This document shows positions 1 to 9,221 of a stretch of 64,000 bases of DNA, piece after piece (the stretch's first letter is position 1; each line of letters opens with the position of its first letter). Made by a program: the position numbers and the translations under genes. Below the pieces are notes generated by a model. It was not told where the DNA came from, searched no databases, and saw only the letters and a program-made list of their open reading frames with translations. The stretch spans positions 64,001 through 128,000 of IMG/VR virus record IMGVR_UViG_3300020048_000007, one strand, 5' to 3'. Origin of the DNA: a virus. Taxonomy: Duplodnaviria; Caudoviricetes.

Positions 1-850
1 ACTTATTAATTGTGGTGTTATCGCCAAGTTGCCCAACATCATTACTTCCCCAAGTCCACAATGTACCATCAGTCTTTATAGCTGCAGTCGATTCAACACC
101 AAGTCCACTTATTCCACTAGTCTTTGTGACTTTACTCCAATTTGTCCCGCCTGTTGTAATCTGAACCGGAGATGATCTCGATATTATAGTGTTATCACCA
201 ACAGCCCCAGTACTATTATAACCCCAAGCCCAAAGTGTCCCATCAGTTTTAATAGCTGCAGAAGAATTATAACCACAACTTATTTCTGTCCAAGTATTTC
301 CGCCAGTTATGGTCTGGACCGGCGAGGACTTAGAAACAGTTGTATTATCTCCTAACGCACCGTGAGTTCCAAGACCCCAAGACCACAATGTGCCGTCAGT
401 CTTTATAGCACCAATATGATTAACACCACAAGATACCTTACTCCAGTTCGTGCTTCCAGCTATAGTCTGAATCGGGGAGCTTTTTTTAACAACTGTGTTG
501 TCACCTAACTGACCGGCACCATTAAAGCCCCAGGTCCATAATGTCCCGTCAGTCTTAACAGCAGCAGTATGTTTATATCCACACGAAACTTGCTTCCAAT
601 TGGTACCGCCAGTTATGGTCTGGACCGGCGAAGATTTTGCAACAATGGTATTATCACCGAGCTGACCATCATTGTTTAAGCCCCAGGTCCATAATGTACC
701 ATCTTGTTTAATACCGGCAGAAAACTGTTCGCCAGAAGCAACATTCGACCAATTTGTTCTAGAAGTGATTAGCTGTACCGGAGAAGATTTATTAACACTC
801 GTTCCATCTCCAAGCGTACCACTATTATTTTGTCCCCAACCATAAACAAT
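1..850 (-). repeat. RCC1/BLIP-II-like beta-propeller repeats (~51 aa), about 6 in window
   Basis: Recurrent AxIKTDGTLWxWGxNxxGQLGDNTxxxKSSPVQTIxGGTNW motif. Confidence 0.85.
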
Positions 851-3800
851 TCCAATTCCTGACGTCAAATCCAAGAAATTATTTCCCAGAGTGCTTAAAA
901 AACCTAACCCGTCAGAAAGAGTTTTATTACTTAAAGACTCAATACCGGCTAACGTTGCTAGGGTCCCAGTGGTAGGAAGTGTTACACTAGTATTAGCTGT
1001 GGACGTTAAGGTCGTGGTGAAAGCACCACTAGTAGTAAGATTGCCACCAATAGTAATCGTTTTCCCAGTGTTCGCAATCCCAGTCCCACCGTACTGCCCT
1101 GCTACTACAGTTCCGGTCCAAGTTCCTGTCATCGCACTATCCAGGTAAGCGTTAACTTTCCTAGCACCGGCCACCGAAAAATAAAAATTTGTATTATCGA
1201 ATTCTATAGAACCATTCGCAACAGCAGTGGTGTTAGATCCTGAAGTGAGTACTAAACCTGCAACGGTAGTATTTCCAGCGCCTGTGGTGATATACTTGTT
1301 ACTTAGTGATTCAGTGCCAGCTAATGTGGACAAAGTCCCAGTTGTGGGTAACGTTATTGAAGTGTTAGCAGTAGATGTTAAAGTAGTAGTAAAAGCACCA
1401 CTAGTAGTAAGATTCCCGCCAATAGTAATTGTTTTACCAGTGTTCGCGATCCCAGTACCGCCATACTGTCCGCTAATAACGTTACCGTTATAATCGACAT
1501 TAGTTGATAGTGTCTTATTCGTTAATATTTCGGACCCAGCTAATGTGGCTAAAGTACCGGTCGTAGGCAGTGTGATTGAAGTGGTGCCAGTAGCGGTCAA
1601 TGTAGTAGCGAAAGCACCACTAGTTATGAGATTTCCGCCTATAGTGATTGTTTTACCTGTATTAGCTATCCCAGTTCCGCCATACTGGCCTGTTATAACG
1701 TTGCCATTATAATCAACATTAGTCGAGAGCGTTTTATTACTGAGCGTTTCGGAACCAGCTAGTGTCGCTAGAGTCCCAGTGACTGGTAGCGTTACACTAG
1801 TGTTAGCGGTGGCAGTTAAAGTAGTAGTAAACGCACCACTAGTGGTAAGATTCCCGCCGATAGTGATTGTTTTACCAGTGTTCGCGATCCCAGTACCGCC
1901 GTATTGACCTGTTACTATATTTCCATTATAATCAACATTAGTCGAAAGTGTTTTGTTAGTTAATGTTTCTGATCCCGCTAACGTCGCGAGAGTCCCAGCC
2001 GTAGGCAAGGTGACTGATGTGGTGCCAGTAGCAGTCAGAGTAGTAGCAAAAGCACCGCTGGTAGTAAAATTTCCACCTATAGTAATTGTCCTGCCAGTAT
2101 TCGCCACACCAGTTCCACCGTATTGCCCAGCTATTACAGCCCCCGCCCAAGTACCGGTCAACGTGCTGTCTGTGTAGGCATTGACCTTCCTGGCACCAGC
2201 AAAAGAAAAATAGAAATTAGTGTTATCAAATTCTATAGAACCATTCGCTACCGCAGTAGTATTAGAGCCAGAAGTTAACACCAACCCAGCAACAGTTGTG
2301 TTGCCCGCACCAGTGGTAATGTACTTGTTGCTTAAGGATTCAGTACCAGCAAGCGTAGCCAGAGTCCCAGTTACTGGCAAAGTGACCGTGGTATTAGCAG
2401 TAGAAGTTAAAGTAGTGGTAAAAGAGCCTGACGTGGTAAGATTACCGCCAATCGTTATGGTTCTACCAGTGTTAGCGACTCCAGTACCACCGTATTGCCC
2501 TGCTATAACATTTCCATTCCAAGTCGTATTAGTTGATAATGTCTTATTAGTGAATGATTCTATACCAGCCAGCGTCGCTAAAGTCCCAGCGATAGGCAAA
2601 GTCACACTGGTGGCTGCGGTGGCAGTTAAAGTCACATCGAAAGCACCAGAAGTCGTTAAATTCCCACCTATAGTAATAGTCTTACCAGTGTTAGCGACTC
2701 CAGTGCCGCCATATAGTCCAGCTATAACATTACCATTCCAAGTCGTGTTGGTCGACAATGTCTTATTAGTGAAGGATTCTATGCCAGCTAGCGTTGCTAA
2801 TGTACCAGTAGTTGGAAGTGTGACGCTAGTATTAGCTGTGGACGTTAAAGTCGTGGTAAAAGCACCAGATGTCGTGAGATTACCACCAATAGTGATCGTC
2901 CTGCCGGTATTAGCGACTCCAGTTCCTCCGTACTGCCCAGCTATCACAGCACCACTCCAAGTACCAGTTAAAGTACTATCTGTGTAGGCATTGACTTTTC
3001 TAGCACCAGCCACTGAGAAATAAAAATTCGTGTTATCAAACTCGATAGAACCATTCGCCACCGCAGTAGTATTGGAACCAGAGGTTAAGACTAACCCAGC
3101 GACTGTAGTGTTACCAGCACCTGTGGTGATATACTTGTTACTTAAGGATTCAATACCAGCCAGTGTTGCTAACGTTCCGGTCGTTGGTAAGGTAACACTG
3201 GTATTAGCAGTAGAAGTTAAAGTAGTAGTGAAAGCCCCGGATGTCGTTAAATTCCCACCTATAGTAATAGTCTTACCAGTGTTAGCGACTCCAGTTCCAC
3301 CATACTGCCCTGTAATGACATTACCGTTCCACGTCGTATTAGTTGAAAATGTCTTGTTAGTTAAAGTCTCAGACCCAGCTAGCGTTGATAAAGTACCAGC
3401 CGTAGGTAACGTTACACTGGTGCTTGCAGTGGCTATCAAGGTAGTGTCGAAAGCGCCAGATGTCGTTAAATTCCCACCTATAGTGATAGTCTTGCCGGTA
3501 TTTGCTACCCCTGTTCCACCATATAGCCCTGCTATCACATTCCCATTCCAAGTCGTATTAGTGGATAGCGTTTTATTAGTAAAAGATTCTATACCAGCTA
3601 ACGTGGCGAGGGTCCCAGCAGTTGGTAACGTAACTGACGTAGTTCCAGTAGCTGTAAAAGTCTGGGCAAAAGCCCCAGCATGTGAAACGTTACCAGCCAT
3701 TGTTAGAGTGAAACCGGTGTTCGCTATGCCCGTGCCGCCGTATTGACCGGGGATGACATTGCCATTCCACGTCGTATTGGTCGACAATGTTTTATTGGTA

Positions 3801-5386
3801 AACGATTCAATACCAGCTAGAGTCGCCAAAGTGCCAGCGGTAGGCAATGTAACGCTAGTATTAGCAGTTGAAGTCAGCGTCGTGGTGAAAGCACCAGAAG
3901 TGGTGAGATTTCCACCGATAGTGATCGTTTTCCCAGTATTCGCTATCCCAGTCCCACCGTATTGCCCAGCTATGACAGCCCCAGTCCAAGTACCGGTCAG
4001 TGTGCTGTCTGTGTAAGCATTGACTTTACGAGCACCAGCGACTGAAAAGTAAAAATTAGTATTATCGAACTCGATAGAACCATTCGCTACGGCAGTTGTG
4101 TTAGTGCCTGATGTGAGTATTAATCCGGCGACAGTGGTATTCCCGGCACCTGTGGTAATATACTTATTGCTTAACGACTCAGTTCCAGCTAATGTGGCTA
4201 AAGTACCGGTCGTTGGTAACGTTATGCTAGTATTGGCCGTGGAAGTCAGAGTAGTAGTGAAAGAACCCGAGGTCGTTAAATTACCGCCAATAGTGATTGT
4301 CCTGCCGGTATTCGCGACTCCAGTACCTCCATACTGCCCCGCTATAACATTACCGTTCCAAGTAGTGTTGGTGGAAAATGTTTTATTAGTAAAAGTCTCT
4401 GAACCTGCAAGTGTCGCTAAAGTACCGGCTATCGGTAATGTTATGCTAGTGCCTGCCGTGACTGTTATGGTAGTGTCGAATGAGCCAGAAGTCGTTAAAT
4501 TTCCACCTATTGTGATAGTCTTACCAGTGTTGGCGACTCCAGTGCCGCCATACTGACCTGCTACGACATTACCATTCCACGTCGTGTTAGTCGATAAGGT
4601 TTTATTAGTGAATGTTTCAGAACCGGCAAGTGTTGCTAATGTACCGGTCGTTGGTAATGTGAGTGAAGTATTGGCAGTAGACGTTAAAGTCGTGGTGAAA
4701 GCGCCAGAGGTAGTGAGGTTACCGCCAATCGTAATTGTTTTACCAGTGTTAGCAATCCCCGTACCACCGTATTGCCCCAGCACAATATTCCCATTATAAT
4801 CAACATTGGTCGACAATGTCTTATTAGTAAAAGTCTCTGAACCTGCGAGTGTCGCTAGAGTACCAGTAGTTGGCAGTGTTACGCTAGTATTAGCAGTAGA
4901 AGTTAAAGTCGTGGTAAAGGCACCAGATGTCGTAAGATTACCACCTATCGTTATAGTCTTACCGGTATTTGCGACCCCAGTACCACCATATTGGCCAGAT
5001 ATCAAATTGCCATTGTAGTCTACGTTTGTTGATAATGTCTTGTTAGTGAGTGTCTGTACGTCCGTCAATGTGGCGTAGTTGACGATCTGATTCGCTGGCA
5101 GCGTTACAAAAACGTTTTTCGTGCCTGTGCTGAATGTTACGACAGTGTTGGAGTTACTGCTTTTTAATACTGTTGTTCTTGTGAAAGTCGTTGGAGCACT
5201 TAAAGTTCCTAGACCTATTTCCCACTCTGTTGTACCTGGGTTCTCGATAACGTAGTAGCAGGTATTGCCTACCCCTATGGTGGCGTTAAATGTTTGATAT
5301 CCAGTCGCGGCCCCGGCTAGCGTAATATTAGTTGCGCCTGTAGTCTCGCTAGTTTCTTTTACTCTATCAGCTATTACCAGGGGCAT
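1..5386 (-). CDS. Long Thr/Gly-rich tail fibre / adhesin with C-terminal RCC1-like repeats (3' end outside window)
   Basis: Not in the ORF track, presumably because no stop lies in the window. ATG at 5386 with AAGGAG RBS, MPLVIADRVKETSETTG.... The same frame at positions 2-70 reads DGTLWTWGSNDVGQLGDNTTINK (RCC1-like). The + strand ORFs listed over 891-5018 are antisense shadows. Confidence 0.85.
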   Translation of the reverse strand, partial: MPLVIADRVKETSETTGATNITLAGAATGYQTFNATIGVGNTCYYVIENPGTTEWEIGLGTLSAPTTFTRTTVLKSSNSNTVVTFSTGTKNVFVTLPANQIVNYATLTDVQTLTNKTLSTNVDYNGNLISGQYGGTGVANTGKTITIGGNLTTSGAFTTTLTSTANTSVTLPTTGTLATLAGSETFTNKTLSTNVDYNGNIVLGQYGGTGIANTGKTITIGGNLTTSGAFTTTLTSTANTSLTLPTTGTLATLAGSETFTNKTLSTNTTWNGNVVAGQYGGTGVANTGKTITIGGNLTTSGSFDTTITVTAGTSITLPIAGTLATLAGSETFTNKTFSTNTTWNGNVIAGQYGGTGVANTGRTITIGGNLTTSGSFTTTLTSTANTSITLPTTGTLATLAGTESLSNKYITTGAGNTTVAGLILTSGTNTTAVANGSIEFDNTNFYFSVAGARKVNAYTDSTLTGTWTGAVIAGQYGGTGIANTGKTITIGGNLTTSGAFTTTLTSTANTSVTLPTAGTLATLAGIESFTNKTLSTNTTWNGNVIPGQYGGTGIANTGFTLTMAGNVSHAGAFAQTFTATGTTSVTLPTAGTLATLAGIESFTNKTLSTNTTWNGNVIAGLYGGTGVANTGKTITIGGNLTTSGAFDTTLIATASTSVTLPTAGTLSTLAGSETLTNKTFSTNTTWNGNVITGQYGGTGVANTGKTITIGGNLTTSGAFTTTLTSTANTSVTLPTTGTLATLAGIESLSNKYITTGAGNTTVAGLVLTSGSNTTAVANGSIEFDNTNFYFSVAGARKVNAYTDSTLTGTWSGAVIAGQYGGTGVANTGRTITIGGNLTTSGAFTTTLTSTANTSVTLPTTGTLATLAGIESFTNKTLSTNTTWNGNVIAGLYGGTGVANTGKTITIGGNLTTSGAFDVTLTATAATSVTLPIAGTLATLAGIESFTNKTLSTNTTWNGNVIAGQYGGTGVANTGRTITIGGNLTTSGSFTTTLTSTANTTVTLPVTGTLATLAGTESLSNKYITTGAGNTTVAGLVLTSGSNTTAVANGSIEFDNTNFYFSFAGARKVNAYTDSTLTGTWAGAVIAGQYGGTGVANTGRTITIGGNFTTSGAFATTLTATGTTSVTLPTAGTLATLAGSETLTNKTLSTNVDYNGNIVTGQYGGTGIANTGKTITIGGNLTTSGAFTTTLTATANTSVTLPVTGTLATLAGSETLSNKTLSTNVDYNGNVITGQYGGTGIANTGKTITIGGNLITSGAFATTLTATGTTSITLPTTGTLATLAGSEILTNKTLSTNVDYNGNVISGQYGGTGIANTGKTITIGGNLTTSGAFTTTLTSTANTSITLPTTGTLSTLAGTESLSNKYITTGAGNTTVAGLVLTSGSNTTAVANGSIEFDNTNFYFSVAGARKVNAYLDSAMTGTWTGTVVAGQYGGTGIANTGKTITIGGNLTTSGAFTTTLTSTANTSVTLPTTGTLATLAGIESLSNKTLSDGLGFLSTLGNNFLDLTSGIGIVYGWGQNNSGTLGDGTSVNKSSPVQLITSRTNWSNVASGEQFSAGIKQDGTLWTWGLNNDGQLGDNTIVAKSSPVQTITGGTNWKQVSCGYKHTAAVKTDGTLWTWGFNGAGQLGDNTVVKKSSPIQTIAGSTNWSKVSCGVNHIGAIKTDGTLWSWGLGTHGALGDNTTVSKSSPVQTITGGNTWTEISCGYNSSAAIKTDGTLWAWGYNSTGAVGDNTIISRSSPVQITTGGTNWSKVTKTSGISGLGVESTAAIKTDGTLWTWGSNDVGQLGDNTTINK
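1084..5000 (-). repeat. Nested repeat array: 16 copies of a 73 aa (219 bp) unit in blocks 4-4-3-4-1, separated by four 51 aa (153 bp) spacer modules
   Basis: YGG-motif anchors at 4981,4762,4543,4324 | 3952,3733,3514,3295 | 2923,2704,2485 | 2113,1894,1675,1456 | 1084; spacings are exactly 219 or 372 bp. Confidence 0.9.
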
Positions 5387-5408
5387 AAAATCTCTCCTTA
5401 GGCTAAGA

Positions 5409-5431
5409 TATATTTGTTGCAAGTAAATATA
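5409..5431. promoter_or_regulatory. Back-to-back late-type promoter motifs (CAAATATA on minus, TAAATATA on plus)
   Basis: Sits between the divergent genes 5386(-) and 5486(+); resembles the T4 late promoter TATAAATA. Confidence 0.55.
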
Positions 5432-5485
5432 CGGTACCTAAAAATTATAGTCGCTAATGGCTATAGACACATAATAGGATAGAAT

Positions 5486-5794
5486 ATGTATAACCCAGAA
5501 AAACCGACATTTAACGTCTCCGAACCATTCCTAGGTGTCACGAGCGTACAGCTAAACAGACCTATGGTAGACCTACTAATAAACGTGCTGCAAGACCAAG
5601 AAGGCCAACTAGAAAAAGAAGTATGGGCATTAGTCAGAGCTTTAAACGACCCAGCTGGCTGTAGAGAAATGAGAGCCCAACGCAAACGCCTCATCAGACC
5701 AACAAGACCAAGATACAACACAAGATACAACCAATACGAAGAATACGAACAAGACACAGAGATAGACGAAACACAAGACCAACCAAACGAATAA
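5486..5794 (+). CDS. Hypothetical protein, acidic C-terminus
   Basis: ORF with upstream AGGA and promoter motif, followed by a terminator. Confidence 0.7.
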   Translation: MYNPEKPTFNVSEPFLGVTSVQLNRPMVDLLINVLQDQEGQLEKEVWALVRALNDPAGCREMRAQRKRLIRPTRPRYNTRYNQYEEYEQDTEIDETQDQPNE

Positions 5795-5798
5795 TCAC

Positions 5799-5824
5799 AA
5801 GGCACGGTGAAAACCGTGCCTTTT
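5799..5824 (+). terminator. Intrinsic terminator (possibly bidirectional)
   Basis: AAGGCACGGT-GAAA-ACCGTGCCTT followed by TT, between convergent genes. Confidence 0.8.
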
Positions 5825-6321
5825 CAATAGACCTTACAGTTATCAACTATAAAATCACCGATATTAGTCTTAATAATAACGTCATAAACATCAGACTCAA
5901 GAGCTATCACCTTCACACCATAATGTGCTGAGTGAATATGTTCAACAAGCTTCTTAATCTCACCATCGACAACGATCTGAGAATTACAGACCGGGCAAAT
6001 TAACTGAACAGTTTCCTCCCACAAATCGTCTAATAAAAAAAGAAACTCTAGATATTCATAAAATTTAGCTTTGTAAACCTCATCGTACGAGAAGCATACT
6101 TGGTCCATCACGACAGAAAAGTAATACCTCTCATCATCAAATCGTTTTATTTCGATAGAACCGAGCTTTACAGTATCATCGTTGATAATATGCACACACT
6201 CACCAGAAAGTCTAAAAGGACCATTCTTCCTTGTGCTAAAAGCTTCAGCTATCCTCTTGATGCGTCTGATCTTACCGCCAGTAGCGATACCCAAAACATC
6301 ATACATCATCATTGTCACCAT
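5824..6321 (-). CDS. Hypothetical protein with a possible C2H2-like Zn site
   Basis: CPVC...HIHSAH; start is probably slightly downstream (MMMYDV). Confidence 0.6.
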   Translation of the reverse strand: MVTMMMYDVLGIATGGKIRRIKRIAEAFSTRKNGPFRLSGECVHIINDDTVKLGSIEIKRFDDERYYFSVVMDQVCFSYDEVYKAKFYEYLEFLFLLDDLWEETVQLICPVCNSQIVVDGEIKKLVEHIHSAHYGVKVIALESDVYDVIIKTNIGDFIVDNCKVY

Positions 6322-7204
6322 ATTCCATAAAACGCAAGGACTTCTCTATCTTCCCACAAGCATCAATTAATAACTTGCGAGACTTACTCGATATTTTCTG
6401 CAACACCTTTTTATCCAAAGAGCCTAAAACCTTAACAACATCGGTCGCTTTTTTGTCGGAAGCAGCATCACCTATAAAATCGTCTGGCAAACCATTCTCT
6501 AACCATTGATGTAACCTCTTCCTAAAATCTTTCGCCCTATGGATCATAAACTCACCATCGTCCCTAAGATGGACAAGATATGAATCAGAAAGCTTAAAAT
6601 CGGTATTCTTCTCGATTATCAGACGATATAAGCTCAATTGTATGCTATAATAGTTCAACTCGCAATTATCAAGATCGTTAAATGGTTGAAGAAGCTTCTC
6701 GTAATGGTTATCTATTCGAAATTTACCGGTCTTCCAGTCGAATATGTGCTTTGATTCAGTGCCTTTTATAGTGCATCTAAATATAGCGTCAACTCGACCA
6801 GCGACACCGTATTGTGCATCTCCTACTACGCATTCTTGATACTCAAGTTTAGCTTTTAATTTAGAAGCTAGTCTTTCCCAGACTTTATCAAAAGCGTTCA
6901 TTGCTTCTATGCGGTTGTTTACGGCTCTTGTGATAGGGTCTATTTTATCGACCATTAGGTCTTCTATATATGTGTGCAATCTTGTGCCTCTGTCTCTGCC
7001 CTGTTCTCCTTTCTTTTCCCATTGTTGCAGCACCTCTTCTTGTGTTAACCCATCTCTTTCTGCTACTCTCTTGCTGACTCCTTCTTTGTCGAAGTCTGGT
7101 TTTAATCTTGATACAAGTGTGGTGGCCGAGATGAGGTTTTTATCATCTATTCTGTAGCCGTGGTTTTCAGTGTCTACTATAATGTGTTTGAATGCATTTT
7201 CCAT
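6299..7204 (-). CDS. PD-(D/E)XK (RecB/Cas4-like) phage exonuclease
   Basis: RGTRLHTYIE, AGRVD, DWKT and YxxQLSLY motifs. Confidence 0.8.
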   Translation of the reverse strand: MENAFKHIIVDTENHGYRIDDKNLISATTLVSRLKPDFDKEGVSKRVAERDGLTQEEVLQQWEKKGEQGRDRGTRLHTYIEDLMVDKIDPITRAVNNRIEAMNAFDKVWERLASKLKAKLEYQECVVGDAQYGVAGRVDAIFRCTIKGTESKHIFDWKTGKFRIDNHYEKLLQPFNDLDNCELNYYSIQLSLYRLIIEKNTDFKLSDSYLVHLRDDGEFMIHRAKDFRKRLHQWLENGLPDDFIGDAASDKKATDVVKVLGSLDKKVLQKISSKSRKLLIDACGKIEKSLRFMEYGDNDDV

Positions 7205-7229
7205 ATAGTTTAAATACTGTTAAGATCTT

Positions 7230-7556
7230 ATGAAGTTGCTTAAAATGACAGAATTAACCGTAAACCTCGCTGATGTATCTCAAAACATATCATGCACAAA
7301 GGAGGGCAAAATGCCTAAGCTACCAAGTCCGCATGTCATAGCAGCGATAGTCGTTCTTAGCTTCGCGGCAATTGCAAATACCGACGCTACTATAAAAGCA
7401 CTCGAACAAGAGCAGAAAATACTTGATGATAAAATATTCGATATTATGAGAAGAACATACATTAGACTCAAGATAGAAAATAAGTTACGAGGTCATCTCA
7501 AAAAAGAGTATGAGTCATTCATTGGGTATGACCTCGTGCTTAATCACCAATCATAG
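7230..7556 (+). CDS. Hypothetical protein with signal/TM segment and coiled coil
   Basis: Probable start MPKLPS after GGAGG; VIAAIVVLSFAAIA hydrophobic stretch. Confidence 0.55.
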   Translation: MKLLKMTELTVNLADVSQNISCTKEGKMPKLPSPHVIAAIVVLSFAAIANTDATIKALEQEQKILDDKIFDIMRRTYIRLKIENKLRGHLKKEYESFIGYDLVLNHQS

Positions 7557-8224
7557 CTCTCTAACATCATCTTCTTCAAAGATCTGCGAAAGCTTTCGGT
7601 TTTTGGAGAACGACCACGAACCCTATCAGCAAAGCTGCTAAATCTGGCTTGCGAATCGCCTCTCCTTGGTCTGAAAGAAGAAGCTGATGATTGAGCAGGT
7701 GCGGCAGCCAGCTCTGGTTCATCAGAATCATACTGGTCTATCATATCCCACATTGAGTCGTCGTATTCGACACCTTCTGGGTCTTGACCGTACAATTCAG
7801 GCATCGGCCCATATGCTCGTTCGCGTTCTGGGTCCGGCTCTGGCATTGGAGGACCTTGCGGCCATCTCCAACTTTTTGGTTTATCGTCCATCTTCATTTC
7901 TTCGCTACCACGAAGAAAATCAGTATCAGATTCACCTGGGGAGTGGTAGACAGTGCCGGGCACGTCGCGTGCAGTCCTCCATAAATGGGCATTGTTAGGA
8001 TCATCATGCAGATCCTGGATTACTTTACCAACTGCAGCCGGGCTAGCTCCGCCAATGAGCTCAGCAATTTCAGCGTTACTCCACTCACCCGGGTGGTGAA
8101 TAAGAATATCTAAAATCTTTTCCCGAACACCTTTCGTGATATTCTTTCTTGGACCAGCCTCATTTAGATCATAAGACATGGCTTCAGCGATTAAAGCAAT
8201 AATATACGGAGACATATTTGACAT
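7544..8224 (-). CDS. Hypothetical protein with winged-HTH-like segment; candidate head-internal protein
   Basis: ILDILIHHPGEWSNAEIAELIGGASPAAVGKVIQDL; LIAEA, LNEA and MLES motifs. Confidence 0.55.
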   Translation of the reverse strand: MSNMSPYIIALIAEAMSYDLNEAGPRKNITKGVREKILDILIHHPGEWSNAEIAELIGGASPAAVGKVIQDLHDDPNNAHLWRTARDVPGTVYHSPGESDTDFLRGSEEMKMDDKPKSWRWPQGPPMPEPDPERERAYGPMPELYGQDPEGVEYDDSMWDMIDQYDSDEPELAAAPAQSSASSFRPRRGDSQARFSSFADRVRGRSPKTESFRRSLKKMMLESYDW

Positions 8225-8240
8225 AGCTGACCTCTCTTTC

Positions 8241-8903
8241 TTAACTTATGTTTACGTCCACAAAGCCAAGTTCGTCCAGACAAATAAAAGTTGTGCCATC
8301 TATGGTATGTGACCAATCATTATGATAATGCCCAAAATACCAGAGCGAAGGCTTATGAATTTCAAACATCTTCTGGAGATATATTGAGGTCAAAGTCGCA
8401 AAAGACAGCGGATCAAAACCGAATCCTGTTAGAACCCTATCATCGCCTACCATAGAAGTCAGCATTTTAGGGCACTCGTGCGTTACCATTATATCTGGTT
8501 TAGCTGCTTTGTATGCTTCCAAAGCTTTTTCAAAAACATCTTCTTTTAGCTCTTCATTAAACCAGTAAGTCGGAGGACCACCCCAAGACATAGCCCTAAG
8601 CCTAGATCGTTTGTCTATGGAGAAGCCGCCACGCACAAAAAACAGCCTAACACCACCCAGAACAGCAGACCCGTAATCTTTTGAACCGTCTGAACTGGTT
8701 ATAGCGTGCGGCGTCTGGTAGTAGTCGTCATAGTTATCATGGTTTCCACCCACAAAGACGTGGTTAGATGATGCAAGAGGGGACAGAGGCTCATAATCGA
8801 ACCCCATGTCCCCAACTTGTAGCGAATATTCTGATTCAGATGCGATTTTCAGATATTCACTGTATTTGCCGTGCACATCACCAATAATTCTCAACATGTT
8901 CAC
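8241..8903 (-). CDS. Calcineurin-like metallophosphoesterase
   Basis: GDVHG, GDMG, GNHD, THECP and FGHYH motifs. Confidence 0.9.
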   Translation of the reverse strand: MNMLRIIGDVHGKYSEYLKIASESEYSLQVGDMGFDYEPLSPLASSNHVFVGGNHDNYDDYYQTPHAITSSDGSKDYGSAVLGGVRLFFVRGGFSIDKRSRLRAMSWGGPPTYWFNEELKEDVFEKALEAYKAAKPDIMVTHECPKMLTSMVGDDRVLTGFGFDPLSFATLTSIYLQKMFEIHKPSLWYFGHYHNDWSHTIDGTTFICLDELGFVDVNIS

Positions 8904-8934
8904 CTCAGAGTTATGTTACTCTCTGAAATACATG

Positions 8935-9150
8935 TTAGGCGTTGTAGGCTAGAAACTCCAAATACTTTGCGTTTTTGGGTATCGTCACTTCTTTGGTGAG
9001 GGTGTTGTCAATTGTGCCTATATTGGTTAATGTTGTGCCATATAGGTTTGAGCTCCCTACGATGTACTTTGTTCTATTCTCTTCGCTATTTGGTGGCACT
9101 TGCACGAAACCGTTAATAATTGGGTATTGTCTAAAGATTCTGATAGCCAT
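8935..9150 (-). CDS. Small hypothetical protein
   Basis: ORF with AAGGA RBS and an AAAATATA motif at 9190-9197. Confidence 0.55.
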   Translation of the reverse strand: MAIRIFRQYPIINGFVQVPPNSEENRTKYIVGSSNLYGTTLTNIGTIDNTLTKEVTIPKNAKYLEFLAYNA

Positions 9151-9221
9151 GGTTCACTATCCTTTCAAGATTTGGGTGAGCTGTTAATTTATATTTTATA
9201 AGCCACAGGCATACTATTCCA

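Noticed and set aside
891-5018. Series of + strand Val/Pro-rich ORFs
   Set aside because: Antisense shadows of the repetitive minus-strand fibre gene
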